Source of the DNA: Leucoraja ocellata
Lineage: Eukaryota
Assembly: GCA_036785375.1 (NCBI GenBank)
Contig: JAWMAR010000061.1
Coordinates: 3,162,001 to 3,226,000, forward strand
DNA: 64,000 bases
Direction: 5' to 3'
Shown: piece by piece, positions 53,775 through 64,000 of the stretch
Layout of the letters: the number at the start of each line of letters is the position of its first letter
How positions within the stretch are numbered: position 1 is the stretch's first letter
The notes under the pieces: model-generated
What the model was told of the DNA's origin: nothing
Database searches by the model: none
What the model saw: only the letters and a program-made list of their open reading frames with translations
Translations under genes and position numbers: made by a program

Positions 53775-54941
53775 ACCATGCGTGCCCTCTCATCCATTCT
53801 CAACAACCATAGATTTAGGTTTTCACTTGGGAACCAGGCCAGCTCTGTCAGGACCCTGAATGATGGTCTCCCCCAAGGCTCTGTCCTAGCTCCCCTACTC
53901 TTCAACATTTATGTGAGTGACATGTGAACCAGCTCGTCCAGGAAGTTTGCATATGCAGATGACCTTACCCTTGCCTACCTGCAACTGCCCATGAGGATAT
54001 CAGCAGAGTGCTAACCCAAGACTTGGAGGAGCACTTCACCATCTAAGACAACTTTCATCTCAGCAATCGGCTCGCCAATGCAAAGCTCTGAGTGTCCTTT
54101 TGTGGTAAGCCGGTGAAGAATGAAGAATTCACCAAGTACCTCAGAGTCACCCTGGATCGTACTCTCACCTATCGTAAACACCTGAAGAGGGTGGCCGATA
54201 AACTGAAAGCAAGGGTGAACATCATTAGGAAACATGCAGGCAACAGCTGGCGATTCAATGCACACATCCTCCGTACTGCAAGCTTCGCCCTAGTCTGCTC
54301 AACAGCCGAATTTTGCTCAACATCTTGGGCTAATATCTGCCACACTGACACTGTCCTTAACTCTGCAATGCGGGTCATCACAGGGACGCTTAAATCAACA
54401 CCTTTCCTCTCTCATATCATACAGCATATATAGAAGGGAGAGGATGTTGAAAGATTGGTGCACCATCGAGGCTAACCCTGACCTTCCCATCCATGCTGAC
54501 TTGAACAATCTGCCCAGCAGTGCCTGAAGCCCGGCAAAACCTTCTGGTCTTCCGTTAAATCCCTGGAAGACTTTGACTCCAAGATTGAGTGGCGCAGTCT
54601 GGAAAGAACCTGGAAACACCAACAACGGAGAAGTCATCACAGGCCCCACAGTGAAACCACCGGGTTTTGACCTACAACACAAGCAATGGCTAACTCTGAA
54701 CAGAGTCCGCACCCTCCTTGCAAGAACAGCCCATCACCTGCATAAGTGGGGGATGACAGACAGCCCTGCTTATGAATGCGACATCCAGACCAGACCATAC
54801 CCACACATCGTGAATGATTGCCCACTGAGGCTTTCCCTAGGGGCATCAAAGCCGTCCACTCAGTAACTGATGCTGTCATGGCCTAGATGTCTACCCTTGA
54901 TCTACAACTTTAGGCTGTGCACGCCATATGCATGAAGAAGA
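53775..54941 (+). mobile_element. Vingi/Ingi-clade LINE, 5'-truncated, frameshifted RT and C-terminal zinc-knuckle region
   Basis: GLPQGSVLAPLLFNIY; FAYADD; KYLRVTLDRTLTYRKHL; LRTASFALVCSTAEFC; LNRVRT..HLHKWG..SPAYEC..HIVNDCP; gccata...gaagaag 3' end. Confidence 0.85.
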
Positions 54942-54959
54942 TGTGCGGTATTGGTCTAT

Positions 54960-55164
54960 GTATAGGAAGGGATTGCAGATTCTGGTTTAAACCATAAATA
55001 GACACAAAATGTTTGAGAAACTCAGCAGGACAGGCAGCATCTCTGGAGAGAAGGAATGGGGGATGTTTCAGGTCGAGACCACAGTCTCCAGACTAGTCAC
55101 CCATCCCTTCTCTCCAGAGATACTGCCTGTCCCACAGAGTAATTCGTGCATTTTGTTTATCTTC
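54960..55164. mobile_element. Palindromic PLE terminal-repeat insertion
   Basis: Inverted arms; flanking gtattg(g/t)tcta duplication. Confidence 0.8.
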
Positions 55165-55759
55165 TGTATTGTTCTAAGTTGCATGTTCTAATTCACCAAA
55201 TTTCCACATATCGACATACTAATTTCAGTGTTATCACTGTGTCCATTTTTCTAAAGGTCTGTTGGGAAAGGCAGATCCCACTGTAAGGCTAAAGCTATAT
55301 AACAATAACTGCATGTGTAAATTGCTTCGAAACCGTAGGAAGGTACTTTGTAGAAGTTTTATCACGTTAACTTTGTCACCTGAGGGTCTGAAAGCATTGT
55401 CTATTATTGGTCTCACAGCAGGAAACCTAGATAATTGATCCAGAGCTACATTTGAATCTTGCAATGGTAGCCGGGGAATTAAATAAATCTGTAATTTAAA
55501 ATGTTAGCATCAATAAAGATGTTTGTAAAGCTACTGGATTGTAATAATAAAAATGCTGGCCACTAGTATCCTTCAGGGAAGGAAATTTTCCATCCATTTC
55601 TATTCCCAAACCCAACACCATAGCTCCCTGCAAATCTCTCAGTTTGTTGGCAAATTAGGAGCAGACAACAAATGGCAGACAGAACTGATAACAGTGGGAT
55701 GATGCAGAAGATTTTAGCTTTCAATCTCAATCTGTGCTGAATTTATTGATCACAGAAAA

Positions 55760-56820
55760 AAGATGCATTTATATAGTGCCTTCCCCAATTGATTTGTATC
55801 AAATTAAATAAGTATTTTTGAATGATTATCATGGCAATGTGGGAAATTATAGCAGTCCGTGTTAATTTGTACACATCAAAATTCTCAGAATGAGCAATGT
55901 GCTAACAATCAGATAATCTGTTTTTCATGATATCAGTTAAGGATAAACATTGGCCAGGACACCTGGGAGAATCCTGTTCTTCTTCAAAATAGCATAGCAG
56001 TGCAACCGATAATGTGGCTGCCTCGTATCTCTGGGGAACGGAGTGTAATTCAGAATTTGAGAGCTGTCTGTGTGGAGTTTGCACATTCTTCCCAAGTTTT
56101 CTCTGGTGTTCTCTCTAAAGATTAACTGCCTACTGTAGATTAATTGGCAAGCGTAAATAGCTTCTTGGTATAGATAGCAACAAAAATAATCAAAGGGAAG
56201 TTGATATGCATGAGAAAAAAGGGGAGTGAGACTGCATTGCTCTGCTGAGAGCTGGTGCAGACCTGATGGTCTGAATGATCCTCTCCTGCCAGGCTTTGTC
56301 CTGTCCTCTCTTCTGGCATTCCTCCCTTGCGACCCCCCCCCCCCCCCCCCCATAATCTGTGTGAAGAAGGGTCTCAACTGGAAACGCTGCCTATCCATGT
56401 TCTCCAGAGATGCTGCCTGACCCATTGAGTTACTCCAGCACTTTGTGTCTTTTTAAAATTTCAAAAGTAATCAATTGGCTCTGAGACAGAATGCCTTAAA
56501 GTCGTTAAAAGTGCCTGGAAAAGGCGCATTTTAGAAAACCAATGCTGTGTTTTAGTAATTCATTTATCAACATAAAATTAAGTTTCTCCTCACAGGGTAA
56601 TAAATAACATGTTGACAGGGAATCTTTAACATCCACTTGACAAGGCAGATGGGACCTCAGCAAGTGTTTTATCCACAAGATTACACCTTTGACAATGCAG
56701 CAATCCTCCCAAAGCAACCCAGCATTGGCAGCATCAATTGAGGTTGTGTCTTTAGTCCCTGAGATGGATTTGAACATCCCTTTCATCTCAGAGGTGAGAA
56801 TGTTATCAACTGGGCTATGA
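55760..56820 (-). mobile_element. Ancient Deu-domain SINE (SacSINE1/AmnSINE1-like) pieces separated by younger V-SINE and PLE insertions
   Basis: ggataaacattggccaggacacctgggaga (55940-55970) and gggaatctttaacatccacttga...gcagatgggacctc...ttgaac...ctcagaggtgagaatg (56618-56820). Confidence 0.6.
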
Positions 56821-56937
56821 ATGACAAAATAAGTGCTCTAATTATTGACTCCAGAAGGGAAGCTAATTGACCCAAGAGGGGAAAATTAAAGACAGCTAAT
56901 GTTTCTGCTTTATTACTTCTGAAGGACCGCACATGTA

Positions 56938-57222
56938 AACATAGAAACATAGAAAATAGGTGCAGGAGGAGGCCCTTCAAGCCAGCACGGCCATTCATTG
57001 TGATCATGGTTGATCATCCCCTATCAATAACCCGTGCCTGCCTTCTCCCCATATCCCTTGACTCCACTAGCCCCTAGAGCTATATCTAATTCTCTCATAA
57101 ATCCATCCAGTGACTTGGCCTCCACTGCCCTCTGTGGCAGGGTATTCCATAAATTCACCACTCTCTGGGTGAAAAAGTTTTTTCTCACCTCGGTCTTAAA
57201 TGACCTCCCCTTTATTCTAAGA
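56938..57222 (-). mobile_element. CR1 3' end
   Basis: Reverse-complement homologue of 20385-20660, with (TTCTATGT)n tail. Confidence 0.9.
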
Positions 57223-58237
57223 TTTTTATATAAAATATGCCCACGTCCTATTCGGCCAATATGCTGTTTGTGATCATTGAGAAAATGGACAACATGAGTG
57301 ATAATATATGGGTAATGTCAGTCCATGGTTGAATAGACTAATGTCACTTTCTGTCTGGTCTTACAAGTGAAATATGTGCACTGAGGTAAAATATGGGGCT
57401 GTCAATATCCATAAACCATTTTTACAGCAATAACCACCACCTCCATTCAAAGCGATGATGTAAATGTTCCAGCTCAAAACTCCATGTGTTAAATGCATCA
57501 GTGCCCACAATTTTCCCCTGAGGAGAAGCTGATATTTACATGGATAAATCAATTACTAAAACACAGTATCAGTTTTACTGTTCACAGTGTGTCTGAACTG
57601 TTTACTGAAAATAATGTGCGTTTTTAGGGCACTTTTGACAACCTCAAGGCTTTCTGATATCTCAGAGCCAATTAAATACTTTTGAAGGACGATCAATGTG
57701 GTAATGAAGAGAAAGATTTTCACCAGTTTATGCACATTTAGTTTGATGCCAGCAACAGGGCTCTGTCAGTAAATGAAAAAGTGTCCAAGGCACCCCTTCT
57801 TAAAATGATACATGTGTATATAGAATCTTTCGGAAAACAGAATCCAGAGAAGGAATGATAATACAAAAGTACATTACAAATATATTTATAATACAAAAGA
57901 GTGTGGTGTAATATTTATTACCTTAAGAAATGTTCTGCTCAGAGTATTATTATTTTTCTAAAAATGTATTATTCTTTTTCAGAATGAGAAGGTCACTGGC
58001 TCTGTCACCACTGTGGTTCTGGTAATAATGCTACTGGGAAGGGAGTTCCAGGATACACATCATCAATGATAAAGAAGCAAAGATATGCTTCTAAGTCAGG
58101 ATGGTGAGCGACTTTGTCATTGGGATAGGATAAGTCTTTGATCATGTTGGCTGCTTTCCCGAGTGGAGTCCGGGTCAGTTTAGGTTTAAGAATTTTGGCA
58201 CGTGCTAAGGTATAACGAAAAGCTTTGTTTTACATAC

Positions 58238-58664
58238 TGTTGAGTAAATCACACATACTAGGCCATTTTTACAAAAAAAGAAACCATTTCATTAAATGCT
58301 CTTGAGCCCGTGGGAATCGCTCATTCCCAAGGCAGTCTGCGCACCTGTTAAAACATGAAGATTCTGATATCAAGTGCCAAGAGCTACCAGCACCTCCTCC
58401 GGTTACTCTCCACGAGCATGAAGATAACAGTCATAACATACACTCCCTGGTTGATCCAACTTCTGACACCATGTTGAGTAAATCACACATACTCACAAAT
58501 CTGGTATAACAATATTTATTGCATATCGTATACAACACACAATAGCATGTTACTCCTACCATGCAGCACATGATGGCTTGCGATAATATGAATGGTGTGG
58601 TAGTAGGTGGGGCTTATAATAATAAAGCACTACATTGGTTAGTAAGTAAAGTAACCAATCTACA
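58238..58664 (-). mobile_element. Internally deleted LTR retrotransposon (Gypsy-like)
   Basis: 193-bp 5' LTR TG..CA (58664-58472) with AATAAA. PBS TGGTGTCAGAAGT immediately after it. 22-bp remnant of the 3' LTR end (58238-58259). Flanks catac/cacac. Confidence 0.85.
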
Positions 58665-60814
58665 CACACTAAGCAAACAGATCACATGTACCGTACATAG
58701 ATACAATCAGTTCAAACCCAAGGACAACAGAAAGAGCAAAGAAGAAGAGTAACTCATCGGGACAGGCAGCATCTCTGGAGAGAAGGAATGAGCGACGTTT
58801 CGGGTCGAGACTCTTGACCCTTCTTCTCGATCTGAAACACCACCCATGCTGAGCATTTTGTGTCTATCTTTGATCATTTCGGCTGCTTTTCCGAGGCAGT
58901 GTGGTGTAGGTTGAATCAATGGTGGGAAATCTGGTCTATGTGATGGACTCAGCTACATCTGCAGCTCTCTGCAATTTCTTGCCGTCTAGGGCAGAACTAT
59001 TCCCAAAATCAAGCTATGATGCAGCCTGACAGTATGCTTTCTATGGTGCATCTGCACGGATGTGTAAATGCAATCAGAGTAGCCATGGAAAATTGCAACT
59101 GTGTGATTGTAACTGGTACACATTTGGAATAATATGGTATGAGAAAGATACCGATAGATGGTTCCCTGAATCCACTGGGTAAAACAGATCTTCTCTTTCT
59201 GTTTCAATCTGGTTTAAACAGCATAGTGAAGCTGACACATTTCAAGCATAGCAGCCAGGATGATTCACAGGACAAAACCAATGTCCTTCTGTTTTCTATA
59301 TTGATCCTTGTAATCAAAAAGCCAATGTTAATTGACCATGAAGAAATGCAATATGAACAATCCATCAAATAATCTCAGAGTGGTCCAACATTTAAATTCC
59401 TGTGACTGCTTCCATTTAGTTCTGATTTTTTGCTAAATATAAACCATACTGTTTGTAAAGTCAAACTAAATATTACAGGAAAAAAGAGTCTGTCACCACC
59501 ATGAAACACTTTAATATAACAATTTAAATATCTCACTCTTATTAGTCACTGAAGTATTACAATATAGATGAGTCAAGTATGTACTAACTGTATGAAAAAA
59601 GGAATCCCCACTCTTTCTTCATAGCCCTGTAAATCTTTCTTTTAGTTACTATCCAGAAACATTTTGAATATTACAGTTTAATCTGCATCTATTACTACTT
59701 TTGCATTGCATTACAAGTCCTAATTTCCAGTATATATTTAAAAATACTACATCTCTTTTAGTTCTTTTGCCAGTCACTTTTATTTATTTTATGTCCCCAG
59801 GTCTTAATTATTCTGCCAAAGGGAACACTTTAAGAAAGTAAGAACTAGGAGCAGTAATAGACCATCTGACCCTTCAAAGCTAATCCACCATTCATCAAGA
59901 TCAAGGCTCATCTTCAGTCTGAAGAAGGGCCTCAACCCAAACATCACCAGTTACTTCTGCACTTTGTGTCATCTTCTCTCAGCTCCATTCTTCTGCACTT
60001 TCCCTATATCTCCTGTTTTCCTTAATATCCAGACATCCATTGATTTGTTTTGAATGAACTTAAATCCCCTTCAAGGCACAGATATGAGTTGAGAAATTTC
60101 TCCTAATTTTATGATTAAATGGCCTACCCCCTAATCTGAGATTGTGTCCTCGTGTTCTAGGTTCCTAAAATGGAAAACATCCTCCCTGCATCCAGTATGT
60201 AGAGTTTGTTTCCATCTGCTCTTATATCAGATCATTTATGTTCCAAGAACAACCAAGGCTGTATCACTCTAACCACATAAATCAACTCCATAATGCCTGG
60301 AATCAGTCTGGTAAATCTCTTCTGTAAGCAAAAGACAAAGTGCTGGAGGAGCTCAGCAGGAGCTCAGCAACATCTGTGGAGGGGATGGACAAGTGACGTT
60401 TCAAGTTGAATCCCTTCTTCAGAATCTTCTGTGCCTTCTCCAAAGTTATCACATCGTTTCTGAACTGTGGTATCCAGATCTAGGCATAATACTCTACTTG
60501 CGGCTCAACATGTGCTTTATAAAGGTTTATCATGTAGAGACAAGGAACTGCAGATGCTCGTTTACAAAAAATCTAAAGGCATAAAGTGGTGATAACTCAT
60601 CTGCTCAGGTAGCACTTTACCCTTTATCTAGAGAACATGGATAGGTGACTATTTGGGTCAGGACCCTTCTTCAGACTATATTTTGATTGCTCCACTGCAA
60701 AATCTCTTCCAGTTATGCCAACTTTGAAGAAGTTCTTCCTCCAGTATGAAGAAGGGTTCCATCACAAAATTCCACCTAGCCATGTTCTCCAGCACTGTGT
60801 CTTATTAATTTTTA

Positions 60815-60874
60815 CTAGACCATGTGCAGACCCGTTGGGTCTGTTCCTCCAACGCCCGGTTGCGGTGGGGGGCT
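60815..60874 (-). mobile_element. Helitron-like 3' terminus
   Basis: Hairpin CAGACCC-aac-GGGTCTG, 8-nt spacer, terminal CTAG followed by T on the minus strand. Confidence 0.7.
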
Positions 60875-61005
60875 CTGTGTCTTATTAATTTTTATAAGGC
60901 TCTTCATGTCTGTCGTGTACTTGCACTCTTTACCTTTCTACAAAGCCCAGAGTCCACACTCCTTTTTTAAGAACGTTTTCAAACTGCCTTGCATCTCTCA
61001 ATAAA

Positions 61006-61268
61006 TCAAGTTCAAGTTCAAGTGAGTTTATTGTCACGTGTCCCTGTATAGGACAATGAAATTCTTGCTTTGCTTCAGCACACAGAACATAGTAGGCATT
61101 TACTACAAAACAGATCAGTGTGTCCATATACCATAATATAAATATATACACACATGAATAAATAAACTGATAAAGTGCAAATAACAAAAAATGGGTTATT
61201 AATAATCAGAGTTTTGTCCGAGCCAGGTTTAATAGCCTGATGGCTGTGGGGAAGCAGCTATTCCTGAA
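61006..61268 (-). mobile_element. Rex1/L2-group LINE 3' end, (CTTGAA)n tail
   Basis: Inverted near-identical copy at 62488-62759. Confidence 0.85.
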
Positions 61269-61669
61269 TTAGCTATAAATGATGTACATCTAACCACAGA
61301 CCTTTGTTCTTGCACCACTTGTAGAATTATATCCTCCAGCTTATATTGTCTTTTCTTCTTCCGACCAAAATATATCACTTTACATTTTCTCAGCATTAAT
61401 CTTCATCTACCTGCCTGTCTGCATCTGCTGGAGTCTATTACTACTATCCTCCTTGCAGTTCACCTTACCTCCAACTTTTACATCATCTGCAAGTTTAGCC
61501 TTGATCTTTACATTACCCTTGTGATAGAAACATACTATGAAAACAAAACAAGCATGTTTTGGGGCAATTATTCGATGCATTGCATGTACATAAACTTTAG
61601 AAAGTAATTCAGAAGACAAGGAGGACAATCTCTCTGCCATACTGACTGTGGATCATGGGAGTGTAGTTT

Positions 61670-62130
61670 TGCTTCACCTTTCGCACCCGTCTAGAAGTGA
61701 GCCAAAGGTTGACATAAACTACAACTCCCGGCAGCCTTCACGGCCGGCGGGTGATCCGGTTAAAAGACACAGTTGGCAGCTCTACCGCCGACACAAAATA
61801 ATCCGGCAAACATTTCGCCCGCGAGTCTGACATCGACAAAAGGTGTACGCCTAAGATTTAAAAATAGTCAACATGTCAGTAAAATATAATCTCTCCGCTG
61901 AATAAAATATGTCTTTGACATGTTCGCAGGGTGGCGGTTGACAGTTGGAAGTAGTTCCGCCGGTGCGGAGGGAGTTTGCAGCCAGTTGCAGGGTGAAGCG
62001 GTGCTGCAGGGTTCCACGCCATTTTGTTCATTTGTGGAACCCCCCCCTCTAAGGAGCAGAGTGCAGCCAATAGTTGGAGGGCGGGCGGCTCTCTTGCAGG
62101 TCAGTGTGAGATCCTGCAGAGCAATGACCT
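61670..62130. promoter_or_regulatory. Second CpG-enriched, housekeeping-type promoter
   Basis: ACTACAACTCCC ZNF143/THAP11 motif (61718-61729), YY1 CGCCATTTT (62017-62025), CCAAT (62067-62071), GC box (62076-62085), possible donor CAG|GTCAGT at 62099. Confidence 0.7.
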
Positions 62131-62487
62131 TGACTGTCTCTAAACTTTCTCTTTCAAATAAACCTTCTCATCCATTCAGAGAGAGGGGGGTTAATGGGGC
62201 AAAAACACTAAATCTCATTTTCTCCCCAAAATATAATTCCTGTCTTAAAAGCTGATCAAAGTATTTGTTTGCTCTGACATTCCATCTCTACGTTTTATAC
62301 CTCACTTGTCTTTTTATAGCTATGTCTGTGGCTGTCATTACAAGGCCAGCATTTATAGTCCATCCCTAATTGCCCTCAAGATGGAGATGGTGGTGGTGAG
62401 TTGATTTCCTGGACTGGTTAGTGTGGTGAAGGTGCTTCCATAGTGTTGTTGGGTGAGGAGTTTCGGGATTTAGACCCAAGACTGCAA

Positions 62488-62759
62488 CAACCAGGCTCAG
62501 GAATAGCTACTTCCCCACAGCCATCAGGCTATTAAACCTGGCTCGGACAAAACTCTGATTATTAATAACCACTTTCTGTTATTTGCACTTTACCAGTTTA
62601 TTTATTCATGTGTGTATATATTTATATCATGGTATATGGACACATTTATCTGTTTTGTAGTAAATGCCTACTATTTTTCTGTGTGCTTAAGCAAAGAAAG
62701 AATGTCATTGTCCTATACAGGGACACATGACAATAAACTCACTTGAACTTGAACTTGAA
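62488..62759 (+). mobile_element. Rex1/L2-group LINE 3' end, (CTTGAA)n tail
   Basis: RLRNSYFPTAIRLLN terminus; inverted partner of 61006-61268. Confidence 0.85.
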
Positions 62760-64000
62760 ACCATGAAGGAACAGAATATAGATGTTCCAATGAGGATGTT
62801 GCACTTGGCGAAGAACTGTTGTTGTTATTCGCAGGTGCCTGTGGCTTAATGGAAGAGGGTTATAAACCTGTTTAAGAAGGAACTGCAGATGCTGGAAAAT
62901 TGAAGGTACACAAAAATGCTGGAGAAACTCAGCGGGTGCAGCAGCTTCTATGGAGCTATAAGGTTATAAACCTTACCTGCGGCAGTTAGAGTGCACACCT
63001 GGTGGTTGTAGATCATCTGGCAATTTGATCAGATCAAAGGTGTTGCAGAAAGGTCAGAGTCAGTAGTGCCTGCCATTGAAGTAGGAGAACAGTCCAATGG
63101 AATAGTGACAATCTTTCCATTGCGACTTTAGATTCACTTGACAGAATGATCTCACTCTTGCATTGTGGCCTGCCTTTGAGCATCAGATTGGTGCAAGTCC
63201 ATAACAATGGGGTTGCTCTTCCCTTGTTACGAGCATCTCAAGGTAAATTGTGTTGGATTTTTCTGTTAATCTATCTGGAATTGCCCTTTGCGATATAGAT
63301 TCCAGTGCCAAGCCACTTTATAAGTAAACACATTTAAGTGCCCATTTGTCTGGATTTGCCGCAAATTGCGTGCGAATGGCTGCACAAAATAGTGACATTG
63401 ACCAAATTAGTGTTGAGCTGCAAGCTTGCCAGATGTGGCTAACTGCATTTTTGATTATAATAAAAATAAATGAAATATACTGTAGTTAATCTTATGAATT
63501 CAGTGTTTATGTTGACATGATACATGTTTGCACATTTGAAGCTTTTTGTTGTTGTTTCTGGTAAAGTCTGATGCAAAACAATGTGCAAAGTTTTGTTTGA
63601 TCGTTGTTAGTCCTCAGTTACTAAATTCTGGTGTATGCACATGTGAAATGTATTACTTGAATTATTTCACTGCATGCAAGATATTTTCTCACATTGATGC
63701 ATGAAAACTCAAAGGCTTTGCTCAGTATGTGTGGTTGGTGTTTTGTAACCTCTTGTTCATTGCATTGAATACAGATTAATATGCTTGAAATATGAGGTTC
63801 AAACAAGGTGATTCTAGGTTTTTCAAAGTTTTATTCAGACCTCTCCTGCACAGTAATAACCACATCAAATGTCAAGTTCACATATTTACAGACACTATGC
63901 TTCCTTCCTATTTTAAAGTAACTAATTTATGAAGCAGAAACAAGCAATCTACTCTGAGGTAATGTCCAAAGAGAGGTTGATGTATGAATCCTTCATTATC

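Overview
Eukaryotic, AT-rich, repeat-dense genomic DNA. The repeat complement (Penelope-like elements, CR1 LINEs, V-SINE/HE1-like and Deu-domain SINEs) points to a cartilaginous fish, probably a skate or ray; this is an inference. I could not recognise any host protein-coding exon. The window looks like a CpG-island promoter and first exon of a minus-strand gene (~47.4-48.0 kb), its long first intron or 5' region running towards position 1, intergenic DNA, and a second housekeeping-type promoter at ~61.7-62.1 kb. The ORF track is almost all chance ORFs or broken transposon frames (Penelope GIY-YIG, CR1, RTE and Vingi RT). The most striking signal is a very abundant family of short, often palindromic Penelope terminal-repeat insertions. 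Many have their own 10-16 bp target-site duplication and carry a minimal hammerhead-ribozyme core (CTGAAGA-stem II-GAAACGTC). Also present: a collapsed Gypsy-like LTR element with a tRNA-Leu PBS, a Vingi LINE, Helitron 3' ends, several MITEs, a templated 340-bp local duplication beside the promoter, and a 1.5-kb purine-rich satellite. Coordinates were counted by eye; element boundaries are approximate.
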